A stretch of DNA of 64,000 nucleotides, from NCBI RefSeq assembly GCF_006345805.1, contig NC_042997.1, positions 167,214,001 to 167,278,000 on the forward strand. Direction: 5' to 3'. How positions within the stretch are numbered: the first letter of the stretch is position 1; the number at the start of each line of letters is the position of its first letter. The translations under genes were made by a program, and so were the position numbers. This stretch comes from Octopus sinensis (lineage: Eukaryota). This document shows, in pieces, positions 43,035 through 57,484 of this stretch. The notes under the pieces are model-generated. The model saw only the letters and a list, made by a program, of their open reading frames with translations, was not told where the DNA came from and did no database searches.

Positions 43035-43648
43035 TAATAATAATCATAATAATGATGATAACGATGATGATGATGATGATGATGATGATGATAAATACCC
43101 TAATGCAGTACCAGACAGTGGTTCTCATGGCTTCTGAGCTTAACTGATTGGAAGTGTTATCATGCACATTGTTTTGTCATGGTATAAAAGATGGGCTACC
43201 GCAAATATTCTGCTCAATATCACAGATTTGCTTATCAGTTGTTTGACCATAACCAGTTGAGCATGTCCGTTGTCGCTGATGATATGTGCATCTTTGATCA
43301 CGAGCAGAAGTAGTGGGGGAGCATCATAGCTGTGTGTTGAAAGAAATTCTTACAGGTTTGGACAATTCATGTTTGGAATCATGGGTGGTTCGTAGAACAT
43401 CGTTAAACAATCCTTATTGAGGGACCTTTTGAGCGGAATGGGTTACTCGACATAAAGAAAATTCTAACTGGGCCCCACCTGCAAGGTCATGTGCTGTTTA
43501 TCTTGATATGAGATCACCATATCGCGCACAAATGATTGTGATGCATGTGCCTGGTGTACCCTTATCTGACGGGTAGTCATGATGAGTATACTGGGCTTCG
43601 TATATTTTACCCCAGTGTCACTTTGATACATGCACTGCTCTCTCACTC

Positions 43649-43680
<32 letters not shown>

Positions 43681-44029
43681 CAACAACAACAACAACAACC
43701 AACAACAACAACAACAACAACAACAACACAACAATAATAATAATAATAATATTAACAACAACAACAACAACAACAATAATAATGATTATGATAATAATAA
43801 TAATAATAATAATAATATTACAAATAATAATAGTAATAATAATTGTGTCTGATGTATATATGTGCGTGTGTTTGTTTGTGTGTGTGCTTGCGTGTGTTTG
43901 TGTGTGTGCTTGCGTGTGTGTGTGTATGTGCGTGTGTGTCTCTAAGCCTAGATATCCTTGCATGTGCTTCGTAAGAATTATTATATAGATGAACGCAAGA
44001 ATACATGCATATTCGTTTATTCTTTTATT

Positions 44030-44271
44030 TGTTTCAGTCAGTTGACTGTGGCCATGCTGGAGCACCACCTTTAGTCGAGAAAATCGACCCCAGGACTTAT
44101 TCCTTGTAAGCCTAGTACTTATTCTATCGGGTTTATTACCGAACCGCTAAGTTATGAGGGACAGGCATCAGGTGTCAAGCGATGTTGGGGTGGGGGACGA
44201 ATACAGACACACACACAAACACACACATACACACACATACACACACACGCACACACACACACACATATATA

Positions 44272-44326
<55 letters not shown>

Positions 44327-44487
44327 CAACGAGCTTCTTTCAGTTTCCGTCTACTAAATCCACTCACAAGGCTTGGTCGGTTCCAGTCTGTAGTAGAAGA
44401 CACTTGCCCATGGTCCAAGCAGTGGGACTGAACCCGGAACCATGTGGTTGGTAAGCAACCTACTTACCAAACAGCCATTCCTGCATA
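44030..44487 (-). mobile_element. CORE-like tRNA SINE
   Basis: Reverse complement of the 35585 family. Confidence 0.75.
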
Positions 44488-44521
44488 TGAGGATATACAT
44501 ATACATGCATACATATATATA

Positions 44522-44568
<47 letters not shown>

Positions 44569-45273
44569 ACATATATATTATATATATATATTATATTATA
44601 TATTATATATATACGTACATGTACACACACACACACACACATATATTTTATACATAATATATATATATATACAGACACGGCGGACATACATACAAATAAA
44701 CACATGCACACAATCAGAGTTAATTCATAATTCAAGTTCTGTTTTTTATAATTTCCTTTGAATTTCATATTCTTTCCCGATCTTAATCTTTCTTCTTTTA
44801 TCCTCTTTCTATTGTATCTCGCGAGGGTCATTATGCCACTAAAAACACATGCACCTGTCTTATTTCACTTTCTTATTATTCGTTGATTGATTTAACTATT
44901 TCACCAATTAACGAATTCATTCATCCTTAGATTAATTATTCAGATATATCTATTTGTCAAAGTCTTTTCTTTACCATTCGTGACCTCTTGAATGACATTC
45001 TCTATTCCTTCTCTTTGCACGCTATATCATTTCCTCTCTTGTCCATATCTCTCTTGTTCTCCAGCCAATATCACTCTTACACTGACTCTCCTTCTCCTAC
45101 TCTCTTTGTCATATGTCTATTTTATTTTTATCCGTCTTCTCTTCAAATTCTTTCTGCTTCCCGTATATATTTATTACTCACTGCACCACTCTCTTTCATT
45201 CTCTCCTTCCTTCGCCTCATTCACTCAGCCATATACACACTCTGATACACAAAAATATACATACATATTATAT

Positions 45274-45316
<43 letters not shown>

Positions 45317-45830
45317 TCACACTGACACACAGCTCATCATATATATATATATATACATACATACTTACACACACACGTACGCACACACATATGCATACAT
45401 CTTAAATACACACATATAATATATATTATATATTATATACAGAGAGAGGAAAAGAGAGAGTTGAGAACCATTGACACTGTGTATAGCTGTCATTCTTTCC
45501 CACATGATGTAACTCTCACAAGACAAAACACAGGAAGCCTATGAAAGGTTAGGGACCCCCACCTTACTCTGCACCGAGTGAAGTGACTGCTGCTGCTGCT
45601 AATGTTGTTGTTGTTGCTGTTGTTTTTATTACTCCTACCACTACTATTACTCATAGGATGATACAGAGAATGGAGTAGATGCGGACGCCGATGACATTAC
45701 ACGTTTCACCATCACCATCCTCCATTAGTAACAAGTTCTCAACAAAGGAATCTTCATGTGGACACTTAGCCTGTTAGAAATAGTAGCCACATTTCTTCCA
45801 GTCATACCCTAACAGGAGGAATTACAACCG

Positions 45831-46397
45831 TGTTTCGTGGTCTGCTACCACAACAGCTCCTTTATAGGATCCAGTTAGCTCAAGACATCATCAGGAGGAA
45901 CCACGTCCGGTTTCGGCCCCTACTCATCTACCGTTTTGACGTGCCCCCCCCCCCCAACCTTTCGGAGGTGTCTTCAGCTCTAGTGTTGGGTGCATGTCTT
46001 CTTTCTCCTTCTTCTTCTGTTCCCTGGCCTCTTCGATGTAGCGTCAACGAGTGTCAGCGGGCGACTGACTGTCTTGTCAAATCTCCCTTTAAATACCTGC
46101 TGCTAGGCTCCAGCAGGCAACCCCAGCAAGTCACGTGACACTGTCTCAACTTTAACTGACCAATAGAGGGCGCGTAGTCTTAGCCCACGCATTCTCTAAA
46201 CGAGACCGTCACCAGTCAATCAGCGAGGCTAATACAGTATCAGCTTGTATCACCTAGTGATGTTATTTTCCTGCCGGCGTATTATGACTTTCAAGCCATT
46301 TTGGTCTTCCCGCTTCAGCCATATATAGAAGCTGGCTTTTTCGACCGCCTCCTAAATTAAAGTAAGGACAGTAAAGAAGTTTCGGAGATAGCTAACA
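45831..46397 (+). mobile_element. Candidate solo LTR
   Basis: TG...AACA ends with flanks accg/atcg (4-bp TSD with 1 mismatch). Contains gtcacgtgac, CCAAT, tatatag and attaaa. Confidence 0.4.
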
Positions 46398-46705
46398 ATC
46401 GACAGCAGAAAATTGACAAATATCAGGACGTAGCCAGAGCGATAGAGATTGTAGAAGGCGAAGATAACAAGTGTTCCTGTTGTTATTGCTGTAGTTGGCA
46501 CATCATCTAAGCTGATACCTATGAGGCTAAAGGCTCTTAGAATTGAGATACGGACTATCGACCAGCATTCTACAAAAGTCCAATGAAAACTTCTTGAGAT
46601 TTAAGATTAACTGTTACCAAAAGTAAAAGCACCATCTCTACTAAATAGCGTTAAGCATTTTACCCAGAATGCGAACGAGTCTACCAGCTCACCGCTTTTG
46701 CAATA

Positions 46706-46769
<64 letters not shown>

Positions 46770-46770
<1 letters not shown>

Positions 46771-46962
46771 CCTTTCTACTGGATGTATAAGGCCTCAAAT
46801 TTGGGGGAAGGGATTATGTCGATTACATCGACCCCAGTGCGTGACTGGTACTTATTTAAATGACCCCAATGACGGCGGAATTTGAACTCAGAACGAAGCG
46901 GCTGACGAAACAACGCTAAGCATTTCGCCCAGCATGCTAACAATTCTGCCAGCTCACCGCTT
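46770..46962 (-). mobile_element. Nin-like tRNA SINE (another copy at 48445-48645)
   Basis: Reverse complement gcggtgagctggcagaattgttagc...gagttcaaattccgcc...ctggggtcgatgtaatcgac. Confidence 0.7.
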
Positions 46963-46986
46963 TAGTAATAATAATAATAATGATAA

Positions 46987-48436
46987 TACCGGTCGACAAA
47001 AAAGGACTTTTGTCCTACGCTTGGGTATATTTTAGATGAAATATATCATATTGAGCATGCTGATTCTGAAAATTAAAACCATTTTTACCCATCACGTCTA
47101 CGTTACTTGCTTTTGACATTGGCATTTTTAGCCATTTTTGTAAAAATCGGCTAATTTTTACTATTTTATGACTATTGTTTGGATAATGTTGATATTGAAA
47201 ATCAATGCAATGTGTATTTCAAATGGTCTCCAACATTATTCAAGATCGTTAGATAGATAGATGAAAATATACGTGAAGGATTCAGGATCTGTCCCAGACC
47301 TCATCATCGGCTAATACGGGCCGGAGTAGGGCTACCCTTGCAATTTCCCTATAGATCAAGGTCTAGGACATGTTTAATGTTCATGACAGAAACACAAATA
47401 TAAGACATTATTTAAGAAGAACATATCAGAAAACACAATATAAGAAAATCACATTTGTAAGAAAATATCGTTTTAGTAAAGAACTTCAAATCATCGTCAT
47501 TCCAGCAAGGAACTTGACAGCTAAGGAGTAAATTTCCGTTTTCGGGATTGGCGTGAATGATCCGTCTCTGGGCTGTCCATTTTGATACTTCAACAGTAGT
47601 CCGCCATCATTCTAATATCCCAACGTTCTTGATATCTTTCTTTCATCATTCTGATGTCCTGATGTCTCTTTGTTCATCACTTACATCACCACGGTTTTCA
47701 GGAAGCCAGTCCAGATGACTGTGAAATAAGTTTACTTTAATACTCATGTTACCTCCAAGAGCATCAGAGCATGTCAGCAAATGTCCGGTGACTTCTTACT
47801 CTCCAAAAAGTTTTTAACGACAGCTGCAAATGCATTCCACGCGTTTGATTCTAGGATAGTCATACTGCTTACAAAGTTCTCATCCTGAATAAGTTTTCGT
47901 ATATCAGGTTCATCAAAAACATGTGCTTTCAGTTTCTCGATGCTGAAAGCCAATTCTTCTAAATTCGCTGTGTTTAGGCGCTCTTGTCAATGTGACAACA
48001 AACAAAATTCATAAACCACAAAAGAAAGAATTTGTTATTGTTTTGTGTGAAGACCACCTGGTGGTAATCCCATCTAAAAAAATTTTGATTATACAGCTTT
48101 TAGTATCACAATAATGGACCACCTGGGATTGTCAGGTTCATGTGTTAAAAATGGCATTACTTTTAATTTTTTCGTTAATTGAGCAAACAGCCTAACAGTA
48201 ATGTTTATAGTATTTGATTCAATGCAAATTTGCATTGTTATAGCTTCAACAAATAAAAATAGAATTTAGAAATATCAGGACACTATGGAATTTTTGGTCA
48301 AAAATTGAGATTTTTTTTAATACAGCCAAAACCTGACGTGATGGGAGAAAATGGAGGTCATTTTTGGATTCAGCACCCCATAATTAGCAAAGAAAGAAAG
48401 TTTCTTACCCCAGCAGAAAATTTATGTTGACCAGTG
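46987..48436 (-). mobile_element. Chapaev3-like (CMC) DNA transposon, internally deleted
   Basis: TIRs taccggtcgacaaaa and (rc) cactggtcaacataaa. Minus-strand MSIKVNLFHSHLDWLPENRGDVSDEQ...QDIRMMKERYQERWDIRMMADYC. Confidence 0.7.
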
Positions 48437-48666
48437 ATAATCATTTCTATTATAGGCACAAGCTTGAAATTTGTGGGGAGCAGGATAGTCGATTACATCG
48501 ACCCTAGTATTCAATTGGTACTTATTTCATCGACTCCGAAAGGATGACAGGCCAAGTCGACCTCGGCGGAATCTGAACTCAGAATGTAAAGATGGACTAA
48601 ATACCGCTAAGCTTGCACGGCGCGCTAACGATTCTGCCAGCGCGCCAACATTCATGTTATCAGCAC

Positions 48667-48742
<76 letters not shown>

Positions 48743-48745
<3 letters not shown>

Positions 48746-48906
48746 CATACAGAAAATTGCACTACTAGGCACTGCACACATCCTACGCAGAACACTTTCC
48801 ATACAATAACCATCAGAGCATCACAACAAATCACAGCACATACCCAAGGCACACAGAGCTGCGCTCGGTAGTGAAGTGAAAGCACGCTATAAAAATAAAA
48901 CTACTG
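48743..48906 (+). mobile_element. 164-bp 3' stub of the Dong-like LINE
   Basis: Identical to 54104-54266 and embedded in (TAA)n. Confidence 0.9.
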
Positions 48907-50472
48907 AATAATAATAAAATAATAATAATAATAATAATATAATAATAATAATAATAATAATAAAATAATAATAATAATAATAAAATAATAACAATAATAA
49001 TATAATAATAATAATAAATAATAATAATAGTAATAATAATAATAATAATAATAAAATAATAATAATAATAATAATATAATAATAATAATAATAATAATAA
49101 AAGATGGGCTACAGCAAATATTCTGCTCAATACCACAGATTTGCTTGTCAGTTGTTTGACCTTAACCAGTTGAGCATGTCCCTTAGTGGCTGACGATATG
49201 TGCATCTCTGATCACGAGCAGAAGTAGTGGGGGAGCATCATAGCCATGTGTTGAGAGGGATTCTTTGGGGTTTGAATAATTCACCTCTGGAAACATGGGT
49301 GGTTCTTTCAACATCCTTAAACAGCCCTTATTCAGGGACCTTTTGAGCGGGATGGGCTACTCAACCTGAAGAAAATTCTAACTGGGCCCCACCTGCAAAG
49401 TCATGTGCTGTTTATCTTGATATGAGATCACCATGTCGCGCACATATGGTTGTGATGCATGTGCCTGGTGTACCCTTATCAGACGGGTAGTCATGATGGG
49501 TATACTGGCCTTCGTATATTTTACCCCAGTGTCACTTTGATGGCATGCACTGCTCTCTCACTCAATAATAATAATAATGAGCCCTTTCATCATTTTATGC
49601 CCTGATGCAGTACCCGGCAGTGTCTCTCGTGGCTTCTGATATTAACTGATTGGAAGTGTCATCATGTACATTGTTTTGTCTTGGTATAAAAGATGGGCTA
49701 CAGAAAATATTCTGCTCAGTACCACAGATTTGCTTGTCAGTTGTTTGATCTAAACTAGTTGAGCATGTCCTTTAGGGGCTGACGATATGTGCATCTCTGA
49801 TCACAAGCAGAAGTAGTGAGAGAGCATCATAGGCATGTGTTGAAAGGGATTCTTTGGCGTTTGAATAATTCACCCCTGGAAACATAGGTGTTTCGTTCAA
49901 CATCCTTAAACAACCCCTATTCAAGGACCTTTTGAGCGGGATGGGTTACTCGACCTGAAGAAATTTCTAACTGGGCCCCACCTGCAAGGTCATGTGCTGT
50001 TTATCTTGATATGAGATCACCATGTCGTGCACACATGGTTGTGATGCATGTGCCTAGTGTACCCTTATCAGACGGGTAGCCATGATGGATATACTGGGCT
50101 TCATATAATTGTACCCCAGTGTCACTTTGATGGCATGCACTGCTCTCTCCCTCAATAATAATAATAAAAAGAAACGAGGAAGAAGAAATGTTTAACTAAC
50201 TTTATTTGGCATTGTACATCTAGCGGTCTTTTCATTACAGTAGCTAGATAGGAATATTTGGAGAAGATAAACAAAACAAAAAAAGATAGGAAGAAGATAA
50301 TGATATCGGGACTGGTGATATCGGGACTGTCAACGTCAGAGACACTATCTTGGAACATATCGTGAGTTTTTATTGCCTGATTTCAAGTAAAGAATAACCG
50401 GTAATTAAGAACTATCCGAGAGTCTTAAAGAAAAAGAAGAAGAACAACAACAACAAGAACAACAACAACAAC

Positions 50473-50527
<55 letters not shown>

Positions 50528-50966
50528 TAATAATAATAATAATAATAATGTGGTTTCAGCAACAGTAGTAGGGTTGGGGTAGTGGTAAGGGCGGTAGTTG
50601 GGCCTCAGATTCCTGTGCTATCATAATAGTAATAGTTGTAGTATTATTGTAGTATTAGTAGTATTTAGTATTAGCAGCTGCAGCATATTATTATTTTTAT
50701 TTTTATCATTATCACCATCACCAGCACTGCAATGGTTGGAGGAAATAGTTGGGTAGCAGTTTGGTGAATAGATCACAGGTCTATAAACAGATTCGGCAGA
50801 TGGTGGGGAGGTCAGCCATAGCGACAAAAGAATCTTCGTGCCTTTTGAGTTAGCAGAGGTCAAATGTGTTTACTACTACCAGTGGCCACTGGGAGCGCAG
50901 GCTTGAAAAGCAGCAATTCAATCTGTTCTATTACTGATAGAAAAAACAATAATGAAAATTATATAC

Positions 50967-51034
<68 letters not shown>

Positions 51035-51120
51035 ATATAATATATATATATAATATATAGTATATATTATATATTATATATATATATATACATACATACA
51101 TACATACATACATACATACA

Positions 51121-51153
<33 letters not shown>

Positions 51154-51619
51154 CAGATATTCACGTCGTTGAATTTTTGAATTCTGAATTCAAAGTGTTG
51201 CAATAAAAAGTTGTTTACGTATTTGGGTAATATATTAAAGTTTTAAATTTATTTTGAGATGTTCGTTTGTCTGTCCAGTTGGAGAATACAGTAGGTGTTT
51301 TGCAATGACAAGGATGTTTACATTTTCAAATACTCAGGGAGAGTCAAAAGAAAAGAAAAGAAAAGTTGTAGATAAAAAAGTTTTAGGATTTACTAAATGT
51401 GGTCCTTTGTATGACTGCACAGAGAGAAATGGTAGAGTTCTTAGAATAGAAAGGAGGATGATGTTTACATTTTTGAATACTCAGGGAGAAAGGAAAGGAT
51501 AGGTATTCACACAGTAGTTTTAGATATTAAAGAGGGTTTTTTTAAAGCTGATCGTTTGTGTGTTCGAAAGCTGTATGTATGTAAATTTCCTAACTTATTT
51601 TATAAAAACAATAATATCA

Positions 51620-51687
<68 letters not shown>

Positions 51688-51690
<3 letters not shown>

Positions 51691-54263
51691 CCAACCCCAA
51701 AAAGTTCTACCAAGAACTGGGAAAAAATAAAATAGAAGTCACTGCAGCACCAACGGCAGAAGAATTGGAAGAATTCTGGAGAGAAATATGGTCGGCGAAC
51801 GAACAGCCAAAAAAAAGGAGTATCAAAATAACAAACTCGGCATCTGAACAACTTTGGACCCCCATAACAACTGAAGAGGTCACCCAGGCACTGCAAAAAC
51901 TAAGCAACTGGAAGGCACCTGGGCATGACAAGATCCCCAACTTCTGGTTGAAATATCTAACAGGAATGCACAAAAAGCTGGCTGAAAACTTTAACAGCAT
52001 ACTAGCAGAGCCAGAGACAATGCCTGAATGGTTCACGAAGGGGAAAACCATCTTATTCCCAAATCAAATGAAACGAAAAAACCAGAAAACTACAGACCAA
52101 TAACCTGCCTCCCTACTATGTTCAAGGCATTTACTGCAGTGATATCGCAAAGGCTGAACAAGCACCTGGACGAAAACAAACTGTTCCCAGAAGAGCAGAA
52201 AGGATGCCGCAAAGGCTCATATGGCTGTAAAGATCAACTAATGATTAATAAAGCCGTAACTGAAGACAGCCACAGAAAGAAGAAAGGCCTCAGTATGGCC
52301 TGGATTGACTACAAAAGGGCGTTTGATAGCATCCCCCACACATGGATCCTCGAAACACTAGCCATTAACAAAGTAGCACCAACAATCATAAAATTCATAG
52401 AGCACTCTATTAATAAATGGCAAACAGTCCTACACCTCCAAACAAAAGAGGGACTCATGAAAACCAAAGACATCCCCATTAGAAGAGGAATATTCCAGGG
52501 AGACACGCTCTCTCCACTCCTTTTCTGCTTGGCACTGTCACCTCTATCTGATATGCTAAATAGAACTGGATGCGGATATAAATGTTACGGCAAAACGATC
52601 AGCCACCTTTTATATATGGATGACCTAAAACTATACGTTGCAAATGACAACCAGCTGGAAACACTATTAAAGACAGTTCATGGATTTACCAAAGAAATAG
52701 ATATGAAATTTGGATTAGAAAAATGCGCCAAAGTAACCATGAAAAGAGGAAAACTAGTTAAGAGTAACAACATCACACTAGATAAAACCAATGAAATAAA
52801 AGAATTAGACCAAAGCCAAACTTACAAATACTTAGGAATCCATGAACTAGATAAGACACACAACACAAATGAAATAGAAAATAAAAAGAATATTATAGAC
52901 GATTTAGATCAATACTAAACACAGAGCTCAATGCTAAACAAGATAATAGGTATCAACACTTTAGCTGTCCCAGTTATAAGTTACAGCTACAATATACTTA
53001 ACTGGACACGAAATGAACTGTCCAAAATAGATAGGAAAACAAGAAAAATACTGACAGGATCTAGGATGCATCACCCAAAATCTGACATAGAAAGACTATA
53101 TATACAACGTATAGAAGGTGGTAGAGGCCTTATACAGCTGGAAAACTACTATAAAATAACCACCATAGGACTGCAAAAATACCTACTTCAGAAGGAAGGA
53201 AAACTGATCCAGATAGCAGCAAAACACGAGCAAAACAAAAAACTGTTCTCAGTATTTAAGAAAGCTGACAAATACAAACAAGAAATCATACCACCTAATA
53301 AACACGAAGAAGAAGAAGAAGATGATGAAGAAACAACAAAAGCTATAAAACAAATGAAATCCAAACTAAAAATAGAACAGCAACGAACCATGATAAAACG
53401 ATGGCAAGAAAAGCCCCTTCATGGTAAATACTGCACTAAACTAAACGCAAAAGAAATAGACAAAGAAAAATCCCAGCAATGGTTGAGAAGCTCAGGACTC
53501 AAAGCAGAAACAGAGGGATTTTTAATTGCAGCACAAGACCAAAGCCTCCCCACCAGAAATTACCAAAAACATGTAATGAAAAGAAATATTACAAGTAACT
53601 GCAGAATATGTGGAGATGGACAAGAAACAATAAATCATATTATCTCTAGCTGCCCAGTCCTGGCTAAGAAGGAATATATTCACAGACATGACAGAGTTGG
53701 AACCTACATACACTGGAAGCTATGCCAACATTATGGAATAACAACAGAAAAAAGATGGTATAGGCACACACCAGAAAAAGTCATAGAAAACGAGAAAGCA
53801 ACCATACTCTGGGATATGCCGATACACACAGATAGAGAAATTAAGGCCAACAGACCAGATATAGTTGTCAGAGATCATGAAGAAAAAAAATGCTTTCTAA
53901 TTGATGTATCAATACCGGCAGATGACAACGTGTCTCTAAAAGAAATGGAGAAACTCTCAAAATACAAAGACCTGGAAATAGAGGTAACTAAAATGTGGAA
54001 TCTGAAAACAGAAACAATTCCTATCATAGTAGGTGCATTAGGCATGATAAAAAAATATTCAGACAAATACATAACAAAAACACCAGGACTTACAAACACA
54101 TATAACATACAGAAAATTGCACTACTAGGCACTGCACACATCCTACGCAGAACACTTTCCATACAATAACCATCAGAGCATCACAACAAATCACAGCACA
54201 TACCCAAGGCACACAGAGCTGCGCTCGGTAGTGAAGTGAAAGCACGCTATAAAAATAAAACTA

Positions 54264-54266
<3 letters not shown>
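51688..54266 (+). mobile_element. R4/Dong-type RLE non-LTR retrotransposon (family 1), 5'-truncated, in (TAA)n
   Basis: Flanked by (TAA)n on both sides. Short 3' UTR ending ctactg-aataataa. Confidence 0.92.
51765..54169 (+). pseudogene. RT, CCHC zinc knuckle and restriction-like endonuclease, split by two frameshifts
   Basis: KAPGHDKIPNFWLK, NYRPITCLPT, IDYKRAFDS, GIFQGDTLSP, YMDDLK, CRICGDGQETINHIISSC and RPDIVV...IDVSIP...KYKDL. Confidence 0.92.
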
Positions 54267-54307
<41 letters not shown>

Positions 54308-54312
54308 TGATA

Positions 54313-54383
<71 letters not shown>

Positions 54384-54424
54384 AATAATAATAATAATAA
54401 TAATAATAATATAATAATAATAAA

Positions 54425-55422
54425 GAAAGGAAGCGAGAGGAGCCTCCTCATGGGCTGATTAATGATACAGCTAGTGATGGTGTCACAATAAAAACACTGG
54501 TAATTGCACAACCGGATAATCGCTACCTCATATGACAAAGAAAAAACAAAATTTTGTAAATAACGATGGTAATGAAACTGAAGCCAATGATGGTGACAGT
54601 GTTACACCCGGTAGGATCAGAGATTCTGGCCCGGCTCCAGCCTATCGATATCCAGAAAGGGACCACCACGCACGGCGTAGATAGGGCAAGCAAATTAATG
54701 CTGTGGTCATGGAGTGTTACTACCTGAGCAGCCCGATAGATGAAAATGGTACTCAAATTAGGGGTTACCGACAACGTATGTATGATCATTGGAGAGAAAA
54801 GAGATTGTTTCAACTCAAGGAAAAGAGACTATGTGATCAAGCTAGAGCAATAAGAAAAAATTGTTGGTTCACAGAAGTAGAGCTCGAAGCTATCAAAAAA
54901 CGGGTCATGGAAAATAGCAGCAGAGATAACAATAAAAATACAGTTCTTACTAATAAGTGTAATCTCATAGCACAGGAAAGAAGTAGTAGAAGTTTACTTA
55001 ATGAGAGACATATAGATGATCTAAAAGAAGACAATAAAACTAATGGCAACATGACAGATGAACAAAAGGCAATCTACGACAGAATAAAGGCAAGACTACA
55101 GGAGAACGATAACAACATTATTTGCAACCTTAAAAAGGTTAATCGATGGAAAATGAACCAAGAAATGAAAAATGTCAATGAAATTCTGAAATACATCAGA
55201 ACAAACAACATCACAGAAACAAATAATATGATCAAGGCAGCAAGTATTATTGTAGCAGAAAGCAGGGGTGTTGATGTCAAGAAAAAGAAACATAATGGGA
55301 GTGACAAAAGAAAAGATCCATGGTGGAAAAGAAGAATCCAGGCAGGGTTAGACATGTTCTCGAAGGAAATCTCTGTGTTCGACCGAAAAGAGAAAGGGAA
55401 GCTTAAAAGCGAACACAAATAA
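54425..55422 (+). mobile_element. 5' UTR and N-terminus of an R4/Dong-like LINE, 3'-truncated
   Basis: ATG at 54532 is in frame with ORF 54703-55422, interrupted by one TAG at 54682. Motifs VMECYY, YRQRMYDHW, RLCDQARAIRKN and PWWKRRI are typical of R4/Dong N-termini. Confidence 0.7.
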
Positions 55423-56025
55423 AGTGAACCTAAGACAGAACAAAAGAGTACAGAAATTCTCGGCATATTTTGCGCGCAGAGAGACCGCCTTACCGATTCC
55501 ACCGAAAGAGATTTTGAGTAAAATATATTTCCAATTAGCACTAATATGTTTTGCTGGATAAACAAATAATGTAACTTACCACCTTATTTCTTGGGTGTCA
55601 GAAATTTCCTAGCCACTTTATTGCCGGGATATTTAGGTTGTCCCCCTATTGTCTAACATAATTCGCTATCAGATTGAAACATGATGTTTATGATTTTGAG
55701 CAAACGCCTTTAAAGAATATATATAACGTAAGCAGTTAAAATTCAAACTACAAATACAAGAAAAAATGAAAAGAAAAGTGGTAGATCCTCTCACGGGAGT
55801 GGAACCACGTATTTGTCAACAGATACATAACTCGACTTAGGTGAAAGTATCAGTCCAGTTATAAATGTCTTGTATATAATTTATATTCGAAATTTATGTT
55901 AAATAAACCCACACATAAACACATTCAGGCAAATATAAACATGCATACACATGTGCGCGCACACACACACACATCATCGTCGTCGTCGTCTTCATCACCA
56001 TCATCATCATCATCATCATCATCAT

Positions 56026-56073
<48 letters not shown>

Positions 56074-56365
56074 TTAACATCCGTTTTCCGTGCTGGCATG
56101 AATAAGACGGTTTGACAGAGAATCGACGAGTCTCGGGGCTCCCTCGAGCCATCTTTGGCATGGATTCGATGCCTGTACGGCCTTCCTAATGCCAAATAAT
56201 TGAAAGAACGCAGTGTACCGAGTGCTTATTTTGTGGCACCGGCACTAGTGAGATTGGCATGTAATTTGCAAGAATAACAAAGAAAAAGGAAAAGAAAAGG
56301 TACTACTAATGCATGCATGCATACATACATACATACATACATACATACATACATACATACATACA

Positions 56366-56399
<34 letters not shown>

Positions 56400-56400
56400 C

Positions 56401-57420
56401 GTGCATCCTTTGACCAAGTTTGCATACATGAGGCTGATAATTTCATAAGACTTATAAGGCAGCTCCTTCAGCAACACTGATAACCTAGAATACATGTCCA
56501 AAGAAATCGCACGACTCTACCGCAACGTATCATCTGATGAAAGGATGAGCCTATATGAGCAGACGACTATGCATGGATATGTCAGTAGAAAGTTCCGTGA
56601 TGATAGTAACATCGATCATCAAAGCAGTTTATCATGGACCAATAGCTGGATTACTGCCTCACACTTTTAAGGGTATGTGTTTGCAATTCAGGAACAGGAA
56701 ATATTAACGAAGTAACAGATGAACAAAAGGGATAGAGATGCAGGAAAAGCCGTAAAATGTGACAACCAACGCAGACTTTGTGGAGTTCACACTGAAGATA
56801 CCACCCACATCATAAGCAGTTGCCCGAAAATGTCATCACGATATTATCCACCGATGAGACACGATGTAGCTAGACACTCTATAATGAAATCCGTCGGAAG
56901 GATAATCCCGAGGACAAAGAAATAAGAGCCTACAATATGGTAGAAGCCATAGCCAATCATAATAAAAAGGAATACTGGTGGAATGTAGCAGTGAAGACCT
57001 CAATAAAATGTAAGCATAATAGACCTGATTTGGGCTAGAGAAGAGAAACTGTGCACAGTTGTGGAAATTAGCTGACCTGCAGATGTTAACACAAAGCTTA
57101 AGATCAGTTAAAAAAGAGAGCACCTATGCTGAATTATTGAGAAATCTGCAGTTACTCTATCCAGATTACAAGTTCAGGTTCATACCTCTCATCATTGGGG
57201 CCCTGGGATATGTGACTCACTGCCTAAATACCAATCTTGAGAAATTAGGCTTCTCAAAACCAGAAAAGAGAAAGCTAATTCGAAGACTACAGATTCAATC
57301 CAGCGCTGGAACTGCAAAAATTCTGAGAAACTTTCCTGAATTTTATCATTTAAATATGAGCATCTCTAGATGTACAACTATATGCATGAGAATATATACA
57401 TAAAACATACAAATTTGCAC
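56401..57420 (+). mobile_element. RLE LINE 3' fragment (family 3) in (CATA)n, copy 1
   Basis: GYVFAIQEQEI, RLCG..EDTTHIISSCPKM..RHD, KHNRPDL, VEIS and IIGALG. Confidence 0.8.
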
Positions 57421-57449
57421 ATACATACAAACATACATACATACATACA

Positions 57450-57483
<34 letters not shown>

Positions 57484-57484
57484 C

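Noticed and set aside
54431-54475. GCC-TCCTCATG-GGC in the Dong 5' UTR resembling the P3/L3 of an HDV-like ribozyme
   Set aside because: I could not find matching P1, P1.1 (GG) or P2 partners, and a simple gagga/tcctc hairpin explains it. Worth an RNAmotif scan but not supportable here.
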